DNA of 64,000 bases from contig NC_069007.1 of assembly GCF_001194135.2 (NCBI RefSeq), forward strand, positions 3,688,806 to 3,752,805, in the 5' to 3' direction. Positions within the stretch are counted from its first letter, which is position 1. Every line of letters starts with the position of its first letter. This document shows, one piece after another, positions 54,143-64,000 of this stretch. This DNA is from Octopus bimaculoides. Taxonomy: Eukaryota. The notes beneath the pieces were generated by a model that saw nothing but the letters and a program-made list of their open reading frames with translations, had not been told where the DNA came from and did no database searches. The translations under genes and the position numbers were made by a program.

Positions 54143-54805
54143 AAACTTCCATGCTTCCTGAAATTCACCAATAATACACCTGATGTCTGCCACCTATTTT
54201 TTTGAAACAACTCATTCACTGTTCACTGCCTGTTCATTATTCCATGTATTATTCCATGCACTTTTGGCTACTTTTTCTAAAGAGTCATAGTGCAGCACCC
54301 TAAGCACGGTATACCCCAAGTTCGTTATTATTTTTTACACGCACACATATGCACATGCACAAATACACTTCTTACTAGTGAAGAAGTATTCTCGGTACTA
54401 TAATAAATAGACCCTCTTCTTTATTGGGAACTTCCCCACTTCTCAAATCAAAACATACATGTACACACACTCACTCTTTCTTCACCCACCCCCCTCTCTC
54501 TCACAAAAATTTCCACTATTGTCTAATTCTGCTCAGCAGTCAATTAATAGCAGGTAGAAAGATTTTTCAGAAAACTATTTACTAAAAGCAATCAATTACT
54601 TCCCAGTTTAAAGAGGGAAATTTTCAGTCCATATTCTAAATTTATTGGACATAAAGTAATCCTTTATCTAATAAATACCTAATTTAAGACATTATTTTAA
54701 ACTTCCATGCTTCCTGAAATTCACCAACTGTACACCCGATGCCCCATTCCCCCATTTTTTTTTACTGTTCATTTACATTCCATGTTGTAGTGCACCTGAG
54801 CACTG
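54143..54805. repeat. Diverged direct repeat pair with an identical 29-bp core
   Basis: aaacttccatgcttcctgaaattcaccaa at 54143-54171 and 54699-54727, followed by gapped similarity (ctgttcatt..ttccatgt..agtgca..cc.aagcac). Confidence 0.8.
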
Positions 54806-54884
54806 CATGTTTCTAAAACAAATTAAGTTCTTGATCATGTTCCTCGTTAAAGAAGCCAAATACAATGATAACCAATAATGATAA

Positions 54885-54936
<52 letters not shown>

Positions 54937-55535
54937 GTTTCCTAAATGAAGTTTATTAGTCTTAATCAAATAATTAAAAATTTAATTTTATCCTAAATAA
55001 AATTTATCTGTCATTAACAGAACTGAAAAATTTTGTATGACTTAATCATGAATTCATTAGTTTAAAATATATTGAAAATCATTAATTAGCATTACTTAAT
55101 CCCAAAAGACAAAAAAAAAAAAAATTATATATATATATATATATACAGAGGATAATTTCAACAAAAATATAAATAACATCACAGGTTTTCAATTTTATTT
55201 TTAAATTAAAAAAAAAAATTCATGTACAGCTTAAGACTGATTCTATAAAATAGATATAATTTTAATAGCCTTTTTTTTTGTTAACCTAATGGAAACATTA
55301 TACCATATTTTTAGTAAGATTAACTAGTAAGATTAACTAGTAATGTTTCTAAAGAAAGGAGTTAGCTGGTATCAGTATAATTCTGCTTTTAATCACGTTA
55401 CCTCTATTACTAAACCATAATTCTTTTTTTTTTTAATACTATTAATAACTAACTTTAACTAAAGAATCTGAAAGGACTAAAACAATCACGTTTCGTAGCA
55501 TAACTTGATAGATATTTGTTTTCTTTTCAACTTAC

Positions 55536-55560
55536 CTCCATAAGATCTTGGTGATACTTG
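55536..55560 (-). CDS. boll: boule microexon (QVSPRSYG plus 1 nt)
   Basis: Acceptor tttttttctttccttttcag, donor GAG|gtaagt, 25 nt, phase 0-1. Gives AIRKQ-QVSPRSY, like BOLL AIRKQQVGIPRS, and supplies the phase needed by the next exon. Confidence 0.88.
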
Positions 55561-55976
55561 CTGAAAAGGAAAGAAAAAAATAAAATAAGTGGTTTTGTTG
55601 TTGAAAAGAATCCATCAACTTAATTTACTTATAGGGAGAAACAGAGACAAATTAAAATCCTGGCTTTAATAATGTTCATGTGTCATAAAATGGAGAGGAA
55701 CACAATTGAAGACCATCTTATGTCAGTCTAACAGAACCTCTGTAATTCCAAGACATTCCTCATGGAACAATTCAACTCAGTATTGTGAACCTAACAACAG
55801 ATTCATAAAGTTGACAGTGTTGCCATTTCCTTACATTAATGAAGTATACAACTTGGGGGGGGGGGATGCACATAGCTAGGTTGGACTGTGTCGTTAATAA
55901 AATTACTTTTGAGCCATGAACACATCACAGCAGCAGAGGCAGTAAAAACCTTCAGACTTACAACCCCATGGCTGCA

Positions 55977-56038
<62 letters not shown>

Positions 56039-56151
56039 TGAAAGCCAAGTACCTGGGGTTTCAACTCCATATTTCAATATAATTTTTGAAAGCTTTCATA
56101 TATATATTTAGTGATGCAGGAATTAACAACACATGATAAAAGATGTCTTAC

Positions 56152-56205
56152 CTCTGCAGCTCCCTGAGCATAAAGATCTGCAAGTAATTGTGTCGTCATA
56201 TGAAC
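56152..56205 (-). CDS. boll: boule putative cassette exon (VHMTTQLLADLYAQGAAE)
   Basis: Acceptor aaattcatag, strong donor GAG|gtaaga, 54 nt, phase 0-0, open in the required frame. No counterpart in human BOLL as I recall it. Confidence 0.65.
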
Positions 56206-56316
56206 CTATGAATTTAACAAAAAAAATTATCGTTAATTGAACTGATTCATAAAGCTCCTTATTCAATCAACATATTACAAAAGCAGAAAAATGCATGCAA
56301 AGACACACACACACGT

Positions 56317-56356
<40 letters not shown>

Positions 56357-56835
56357 TAGAAGGAAGTAGAAAGAATATTTTGTAAATATCGTAAGAATTC
56401 TCTTTTGTTGTGGATCTTACAGAAGATAAAGATATAAATAACAGGGGTAAGCACTGAGTAACAAAATTCTTTGAATGTTGCCCATGGAACACAAATGCAC
56501 ATCTCCTGTGACGTGGTGATAATATTTCTTTGTGCAAGAGATTAACTAAATCCTGCATCCAAGGATAAGTACTGACCCCGTGTCACTTGTGCCAAACCAA
56601 CACAAATAAAAGAATGGGACTGGCTCAGCACAAAAACCATGCCCACTAAAATGATATCATTACACAGGTTATTCAGCAAACCAAGAAACCACTAAGCAAC
56701 AAAAGAGTTCTCACAGACACAGTCCTTCTACATCAACAGTCAACCATCAGATCATATTTGAAAACCATTTTTACAAAACTTAGAAAGGAGATTTATTTTC
56801 ACAATAAAATAAAATCAAGGACTTTGAGTCAGCAC

Positions 56836-56895
56836 CTGTTTTCTAATGGCTGGTCCAATATTTAGTTTTCTGTCTTTGAAAATTAAATTTTCAGC
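56836..56895 (-). CDS. boll: boule exon: C-terminal end of the RRM (AENLIFKDRKLNIGPAIRKQ)
   Basis: Acceptor tttctttttcttcag, donor CAG|gtgctg, 60 nt, phase 0-0. Closely resembles recalled BOLL AEKLNYKDKKLNIGPAIRKQ. Confidence 0.95.
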
Positions 56896-57619
56896 CTGAA
56901 GAAAAAGAAAATAAGAAAATAAAACATACATTTATTGATGCAAATCAGTTCGTTCAAGATTAAGATAAAAAGAAAGAGAAAGATTCAAGCTGATAAATAA
57001 TCTGTTGGATTAAAAATTCTATTAAAAAAAAAAAAGGCTGCTGTTTTCTTTTCTTACATATTGCCATTGAGAATGTAATGTGATGTTTTATTGGAACATT
57101 CAAAGATTTACAAGAAAAAAAGGAAAATGAAATATACATTTTTTTTTCCTTTCATATAGTTTTCTGTGATAGCAACACATGGATTGATGTATAAATCTAG
57201 AATATTTTTCTTTTACTTTTGTGTGTCTGAAGAGGAAAGGATGTTCTGATCACTCCGGAAAATAAAAAGGGTGACCAGATAAACTGGGTGCAATGTAGAA
57301 TGTCAGTGTAAATGCTGGAACACAAAAGACACAGATCTAAAAGACAACCATTTGTACAAAAGAACCAACTGCTTGTTCTAATAGCTGAGCAGTTGAGCAA
57401 AACATGTAGGAACCTTTACATGATTATTAGAGCTGTTTACAAATTAACAGTCGAATCTCCATCAAATTACTATACCCTTACCATCTTCAAAAGGGGAAGT
57501 CACAGTAATGGAGAGATTATAGTTTGATCCCCACTGATTGAAAGTTTACACATAATCACTTTTGTGGTGACTTGTGTGCCTAAATGACCCCCAAGAGCTA
57601 TGCCAGCAAAGTGAAAGCT

Positions 57620-57900
57620 TCTAGTAGGGCCTGCTCCCATGCTGGACAAGTCAATGAATAGCCTATGCCAGACTAATAAGGATCTATCACTCCCCATAGG
57701 TACAAAATGGGTTTGTGCAGGGTTGATACCCTACCAAGGAAGAAGGCAAAGTTACAGAAGCTTCTCTGACAATTCAAAGCCAACAAGACTTAAGAGAGGG
57801 AGGCCTTCTCTAAGGGAAAGACAGTGCAGAGTTGAGAACAGTGGAGAAAAGTCATTGGTAGCCTATGCTGCACAGGGAGTGAGGCGTTTAAGTAGTCAAG
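57620..57900 (+). mobile_element. Degenerate LINE 3' end (RTE-like)
   Basis: Terminal peptide EQWRKVIGSLCCTGSE resembles RTE-type W...V.ALC..G ends. The upstream part is heavily decayed. Confidence 0.5.
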
Positions 57901-58569
57901 ATTGACTGGAGACTAAACAATAGTCAAGTAAAAACTAATAGCAGTTAGGTAAATCGATGGTAACAATTCTATAGACAGGTTTACATCACAAACGTAAAGC
58001 ATTTAGCAACCACACCCTAAAAACACGTAACATCTTTTCATGTATCCTTATACTCTACACCTGTAAACAACATTTTTTGTTTACAATAATTCTTAAACAT
58101 TTACTTTTAACCCTGCAGTCACAAAAAGTATTATCTGTATCCCCACCTTATTATACTGTTTCCCATCTTTCCTAATTAGCTTTTTTAGTGTTGGGATTGG
58201 ATTTCATTTGAGTCGCTTCCCTTTGCATATTAAGATGTCCTACGTTTACTCTCTTCTCTTATGTTTGTTCTGTTTGGTGTTAATAGAGCAGCGTTTATAC
58301 TATATAATCTGGTATAAATTTTTACTAGATACAGAATGACCAATTCCAATGAGCCTAGGGTTAATAATATCACAGTATCTATTTTCCCTTCAAAGAGACA
58401 CCTGTCCATCACAAGGTTTACTCATTTACAGCTGAACGGACTGAAACAACATCGCCCAGTTTAGGAATCAAAACAATGATTTTACGATTGTGTTTAATCA
58501 CTTCTCGTGCAACTAGCTGTAAGTAAGTACCACAATATAACTTGCAATATTTCACATTCCCAGGGTAGC

Positions 58570-58778
58570 AAGCTGGCAGAATCTTTAGCACACCAGTGAA
58601 AATGCTTAGCAGTATTCTGTCTGTCTTTATGTCCCGAGTTCAAATTCTGCCGAGGTTGACTTTGCCTTTCATCTTTTCCGTATTGATAAAAATAAGTAAC
58701 AGTGAAACACTGGGGTCAATGTAACTGACTTACCCCGCTAGCCACAAAGTTGCTGGCCTTGTGCCAAATTTTGAAACC
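58570..58778 (+). mobile_element. tRNA-derived SINE, family A
   Basis: Head CTGGCAGAATCTTTAGC (A-box-like) and GAGTTCAAATTC (B box), body gttgactttgcctttcatc...ggggtcaatgtaa, tail ggccttgtgccaaattttgaaacc. Confidence 0.85.
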
Positions 58779-59794
58779 GATATTCTATCTATTCCATCCC
58801 AACTTGTGTGTCTAAAGCTTGGAGACTCATCTATTACATGGAAGATAAGCTAATAATAACAGTGCCTTATATGTGATGCTGTTATGTTCAATGAAAGCAT
58901 AACCAGACAAGCCAGAGGTTCGGTAACAAGAAGAGATCAACAAACTGAGCAACATGAACCTGGGATGCTAAAATAATACAGCTGTGGGTATGTAATATGT
59001 ATCAATATTATTGTTATTGTTTCGTCCTTGGCAAGATCTATGCATACAAAGCACTCTCCTCTTTTAGTTTTCACATATATTGTATTTATGACAATGTGTC
59101 CTTTATTTATCAAAATATTTTTTTTTAGGGAGATTTGGCTGCTATTACTAGCAGGTCAAGTGAGATGCTCCTGTTTCACCTCACAGGCATAACATTTTGG
59201 CAAGATGGTGAATAGCAAAATGTTATATTTCAGCTTAAAAGATGCGATGAAATAGGGAGTGGCAACTGGAGTAACGCTGCTGTACACACCTAACGAACCC
59301 ATGCCAGTATGGAAAACATTAAACAGATGATGCTAACATGGAGGTGATGGCAAGGTTCTCTTGCTTTACTACTGTCACACTGTTCCACTTCTAAAACCTA
59401 TGAACCAAGCCTTTCTTTCCCCCAACCCCCAACTGCAAGTGCAAGTGCAACACGTATAAGTATTAAGAGGAAGGCAACTAGATGAAACTAGATGAAACTA
59501 CACATCTATGTCAAGTAACAAAAACAAAACAAATCAACATTTCATGAAAGAAAACCAAGTTAGTTATCTGGCACCAAAAAAACACACATTAACTTTTATG
59601 TTCATCAAACAAATGACTGTTCATAAAACATGATTGATCTGTGAGAGAGTGTACTAGAAATGTCCTCATAAGTATACACACACACACACACACACTCAGT
59701 AAAATGAATTTCCACCAGTTTCTTCTGGAGAATTCAGTTTTTCAATCAATTAAAACTACTTACTCTATGTATCATAGTGAAAGTGAATCTTCTT

Positions 59795-60075
59795 TTATTT
59801 GTTTCAGTCACCGGACTGTGGCCATGCTGGGGCACTGCCCTGAAGGTCTTAGTCGAACAAATCAACCCCAGTACTTGTTTTTTAAGTCTTAGCACTTATT
59901 CTATTGGTCAATTTTGCTGCTACGTTATGGGTGTGTAAACAAACCTACACTGGTTATCAGGCGGTGGTGAGGAACAAAGATATACACATCTACACATGCG
60001 CACGTGTAACAAACTTCTATCAGTTTCCTGTCTATCAAATTCACTTGTGTGCCCAGGGTCTAATAATGGTGCAGT
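59795..60075 (-). mobile_element. SINE family B
   Basis: gtttcagtcaccggactgtggccatgctggggcactg...aaccccagtacttg...gtttcctgtctatcaaattcac. Confidence 0.75.
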
Positions 60076-61562
60076 GCAGTGGGATCCAAAACAACGTGAT
60101 TGCAATGGGAGCTGCTTAGCTGCCCCAGCCAAGCCTGCCCGAGTATTCCACAAGCATTTACACTTTAATGTAATTCTCAGATAGAATTAGTGTAACATGG
60201 CTGGCCCTTTCAATTACAAGTGCAGTCCATTCAACAGGGTTTTTCAAGTTTCTATCGACTTAATTTCACTCACAATGGTTAGGTCATGGCAAAATGGTGA
60301 AAGTGGGATCAAACTCGAAATCTCATAACGAACTTTCTTAACCACTTAAGTCATGTCTTCAGCCATTTACTTTACAACTATTTGGTATCGTTGATTCTAT
60401 GCTGACTTATTTGACATCAGACATTTTAAAAATTCTCTTAGGACAGCCATTGCTATTGATAATTAGGTCCCCAAAATATGCATGCAACACACACACACAC
60501 ACACACACTGATAAATGCTAATTTAAGTAAAACAAAATAAAACCCTCGATAGGAAACTAATTCTATAATATGCAATGTATAAATGTAATAGATCGATTAT
60601 TCTACAGCAAACACACAGAAACTGTACTATTAAATTCACTCTTTATACCACTTATAGCCAGTACAGCCACTCTTAAACATTACCAACGCTTCTACATTAG
60701 CAATCTCTCACCTACTTCTCATTGGTTAACACATTTTGTTTCAAAAGCACTTTGAAGCCTTAACTGATTCTTCTTTTTTATGACCTAGAGGAGAAAGGGC
60801 AACTCTTACGATTACTTTTTTATGGATTTCTAAGACTGCAGGAATTGAATGCTTGCAACAGAGTGGACACCACAAAAGACATGAAGGGACAAATATCTGT
60901 ATCATCCAAGAACAGAGACAGTCCCTCTCAACCTGAGACTGTAAGTAGAAGAAAACTCGCTACAGATACTTTACAGTAGGACTGAATCTAAAACTACATT
61001 GAGGTGAAGCTAACGCTTTAGTCGCACAGCCATGCATGCCAGTTGACAAGATCTTGGACTGAAAAAAAAATCTGCACTGAAAAAAACAAACCAGCTGCTA
61101 AAATTGTTTAGACACTAAGTCCAAGACAGTATGAATGTGAGCTAAACAAGAATTTAACACTTTTTTAGAATAGAAAATTTATCCAAAGGATGCTTCATGA
61201 GTTTAACTCGAAATCATATTATCATCTAAATTTAACTCCAATTTAATTAATGATCCATTAAGAATAGTTCTATAAAATGCCTGGGCAAAAAAATTTACCT
61301 GAAAAAAATCTGAAAGTGATGAAATAATCCTGAAGTTGAATGATTACATCAATATATCAGTAGTGGAGTTGTTACTGTTAGAATTGGGATCTGTGCTGCC
61401 GGTCGTCTTGTGCAACTTTTATATTTCATGAAGAAGAAGGTCAATAACAATTTCAGGGGTAGGGATCAGTCAATTGCATCACCCTCAATGCTCAACTGAA
61501 ACTTATTTCATCAACCTCAAACTCATCAAGGAAAAGCAATAAATCAACCTTGACGAATTCAC

Positions 61563-61640
61563 CTAACCCGACTTCGGATGAAATGCCACTAGGCATTCCT
61601 GGAAAGGAATGAGTGAACAATGAATTTGGTCCTGACATGT
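61563..61640 (-). other. Candidate 78-nt alternative or poison exon in a boule intron
   Basis: Long polypyrimidine acceptor (ccctctccccccactctctctcatatacag) and donor TAG|gtgaat. In phase 0 it reads TCQDQ...HPKSG* with TAG as the last codon. From the ATG at +3 it reads MSGPNSLFTHSFPGMPSGISSEVGL. Confidence 0.4.
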
Positions 61641-61763
61641 CTGTATATGAGAGAGAGTGGGGGGAGAGGGAAGATAGGTAAGTAGGTACACAGGAAATGG
61701 AGGAAGAGAAAGAAGAAGAGACAAGGAGAGAAAGAGGAAAGGGAAGGAAAGTCAGAGATGAAG

Positions 61764-61805
<42 letters not shown>

Positions 61806-62246
61806 NNNNNNNNNNNNNNNNNNNNNNNNNNNNNNNNNNNNNNNNNNNNNNNNNNNNNNNNNNNNNNNNNNNNNNNNNNNNNNNNNNNNNNNNNNNNNNN
61901 NNNNNNNNNNNNNNNNNNNNNNNNNNNNNNNNNNNNNNNNNNNNNNNNNNNNNNNNNNNNNNNNNNNNNNNNNNNNNNNNNNNNNNNNNNNNNNNNNNTG
62001 GTATTTGACTCTTTACCAAAGAAAACAATATTTTTTTTTTCTATACTAAATATCATTTAATATGCAAGCTAATTAAATTATCTTTATAAGGAGTTTACAT
62101 GCTTAAAAAAAAGGAAGTATTTTTTTTTTTCTTTTCTGAAAACATCTCAGCTATTTTCAACTTCTGTTTATATTCCCCCACACACCCATAACCCATTCAC
62201 TATACAAGAGAGAGAGAAAGACTGTGTGTGTGTGTGTGTGTGTGTA

Positions 62247-62307
<61 letters not shown>

Positions 62308-62529
62308 ACAGGTTCAAAGTGAAATGAAATGTTATTTGGTTACTGTCATGATTCTATCAATGAAATAAGTAACCAAACGAAAGTGAAAGTGTTCCAATTG
62401 CAAATTGAAACTAAATTGCATAATATGCATCTATATCTAAGGCAGCTATAACAGATTTACTTATTTCCTGGTTGTTTTAACTTATACTGCTCACCATTAA
62501 ACTAAGCTTTCCCAACACAAACAAGGAAT

Positions 62530-62880
62530 AATAATCTGTTCATCTTCTCCACCCACTACTTGTAGGAGGCTTTTAGGGGTGGAGTCCTCAGGCACCTTCT
62601 CCATAGGGTCCTATCAGAAGCAGCTGTCATTAGACTTTCTGGCTGGATTCCAAAGTGCAACCAACTGAGACTATGGATATTATCCAACCATTTTGTTCTT
62701 CGTCTATCCCTAAATCGCCCGCTGGTTGGCTCAGCTTGAAGAATCTGTCTTGCGATTCTTTCTTGTGACATTTTAATCACATGTTTTACAGCACTAGGGC
62801 TGTGATCTCTCAATGCAGAGAAGTAGGAGCTGGGCCTGGCGAAACCCTCTGATCCCTGAGCTACATCCTTAGAGCACCAG
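62530..62880 (-). mobile_element. RTE-like LINE 3' fragment
   Basis: Peptide RIARQILQAEPTSGRFRDRRRTKWLDNIHSLSW...AASDRTLWRRCLR has the R-rich, W.D and DR..WR motifs of RTE-type ORF2 C-termini. Confidence 0.8.
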
Positions 62881-62999
62881 TCTTATATTTGCTAAATCTA
62901 CAATTTAGATATATATAACACTAAACATACTGTGGTAAGCACCAAGGAGATTTTAAGGAGCAGCATCTAGTTCTGGTTTCATGGAATTCAGTATCTTTT

Positions 63000-63357
63000 A
63001 TCGTTTACTTGTTTCACTCATTATCCTGTGGCCATGCTGGGGCACTGCCTGAAAGGGGTTTAGCTAAATGAACCGACTCCAGCTTGGGATTTATTCTATC
63101 ACTCTCTTGCCAAACCAATAATTTATGGGGACATAAACAAACCAGCATTAGTTGTTAAACAGTAATGGAAGACAAAGACAAACGCACACACAAAATGATG
63201 GGCTTCCACACAGTCTCCGTCTATTAAATTCACTAACAAGGCATTAGTCAATCTGGGGCTACAGAAGAAGACACTTGTCCAAGGTGTCATGCAGTAAGGC
63301 TGAACCTGGAAGCATGTGGCTGGAAAGCCAACTTCCTACCACACAGCCATGCCTGTG
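63000..63357 (-). mobile_element. SINE family B
   Basis: gtggccatgctggggcactg...gaagacacttgtccaaggtg...cctaccacacagccatgcctgtg. Confidence 0.8.
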
Positions 63358-64000
63358 TCAATCCCAGTTATCATCTCAGTCTGCTTTGTCACTGGAGATA
63401 GATTCTGAGATTGAACTAGGTGATATGGTAACGCAGGGCTGACAGACAAGTGTCATGAGAATAAAGTAGGGAATAAACCAATTTCCCCACAAAGACAATA
63501 AATAAAGCACATGTAGTGGATTTATATTCTTGATGTATAATCAAGTAGATCAATACTTTACTAGTCCACCATCTCACTTCTATATCTCTGTTCAAACAAC
63601 ATATACACACTCATTTCACATTTATCTACAGCACTCACGCTTTCTTATATATATATATTATTTTATTTTTAAATAGTTATTATGATAAAACTGAAATTAG
63701 TCAACAACAGCGAAATGTTATTGAGGAAGGATAGCCATCCATCTATGTAAGAAACATCTGTCAACTTAAAACTGTTTACTAATTGCAAATTAACCATTTC
63801 AGTCATTTGTAGTTAATGAATTAGTCAGATGTTTCTATTAAAATTAGTCAAAAAAAAAAAAAAATTGGTGATATCATTTTTTAATCAATAGAAAAATATT
63901 TTTTTTCTACATATATATGTATATAATTTTTTTTCAGAAAGGAGTATCTGGTACATATTTTATCTTCAAAAATAAATACTTGATGAAATTATATCAAGAT

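Larger units (their letters stand above)
11796..56895 (-). other. boll: boule/BOLL gene span, 5'-partial (8 coding exons in window, about 357 aa)
   Basis: Spliced peptide: AENLIFKDRKLNIGPAIRKQ|VHMTTQLLADLYAQGAAE|QVSPRSYG|DPNLHPGTVLLSTNGVPYTYQNGMAIFHASESGYPIAQPQ|PAYSAAAVMVSQPPPPVYMAPTYPTYQP|GTPPQWTTPTPSQWRWTAQ|NPGQ...LEAPPLE|GTMAAV...AYEAF*. All introns are GT-AG with compatible phases. Motifs match recalled human BOLL (KLNIGPAIRKQQV, GYPYTYHNGVAYFH, GQWQW, METSVPE). Confidence 0.93.

Noticed and set aside
55310-55345. Short perfect tandem duplications (tagtaagattaac x2; also near 24420, 42432 and 59475)
   Set aside because: Ordinary slippage duplications with no additional structure.
11183-62060. 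Long ORFs in the track made mostly of X (e.g. 11183, 12619, 13971, 14023, 17792, 26273-26807, 42888, 44167-45049, 61492-62060)
   Set aside because: They are open only because they cross assembly N-gaps.
56896-64000. Upstream boule RRM exons (NRIFVGG and YGFVTF motifs)
   Set aside because: Searched by eye and not found; they probably lie beyond the window or in the 61806-61998 gap, so they are not annotated.

Overview
AT-rich, microsatellite-dense animal genomic DNA from a draft scaffold with 13 N-gaps. The repeat families resemble those I know from Octopus, but the species is an inference. The six-frame ORF track is mostly noise from microsatellites and N-runs. The main finding is a minus-strand, multi-exon boule (BOLL, DAZ-family RRM protein) gene, reconstructed by hand from GT-AG splice sites. 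Its exons are 56895-56836 (RRM end, KDRKLNIGPAIRKQ), 56205-56152, 55560-55536, 26260-26142 (NGVPYTYQNGMAIFH), 25134-25051, 24126-24070 (QWRW), 22325-22146 and 12290-11796 (stop). All junction phases are compatible, giving about 357 aa in the window. I did not find the N-terminal RRM exons; they probably lie beyond position 64000 or in a gap. The most interesting features concern possible splicing control around the RRM: an extra 54-nt cassette exon, a frame-setting 25-nt microexon before a 29.3-kb intron, a candidate 78-nt poison or alternative exon, and two possible C-termini. Introns and flanks contain at least three tRNA-type SINE families, a (GAT)n-tailed repeat, RTE-like LINE 3' ends, and mariner, maT (DD37D) and Tigger/pogo transposase relics. 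They also contain piggyBac-type and hAT-type MITEs, a 19-bp minisatellite and a 279-bp inverted duplication across a gap. No rRNA, genuine tRNA or CRISPR array was found.
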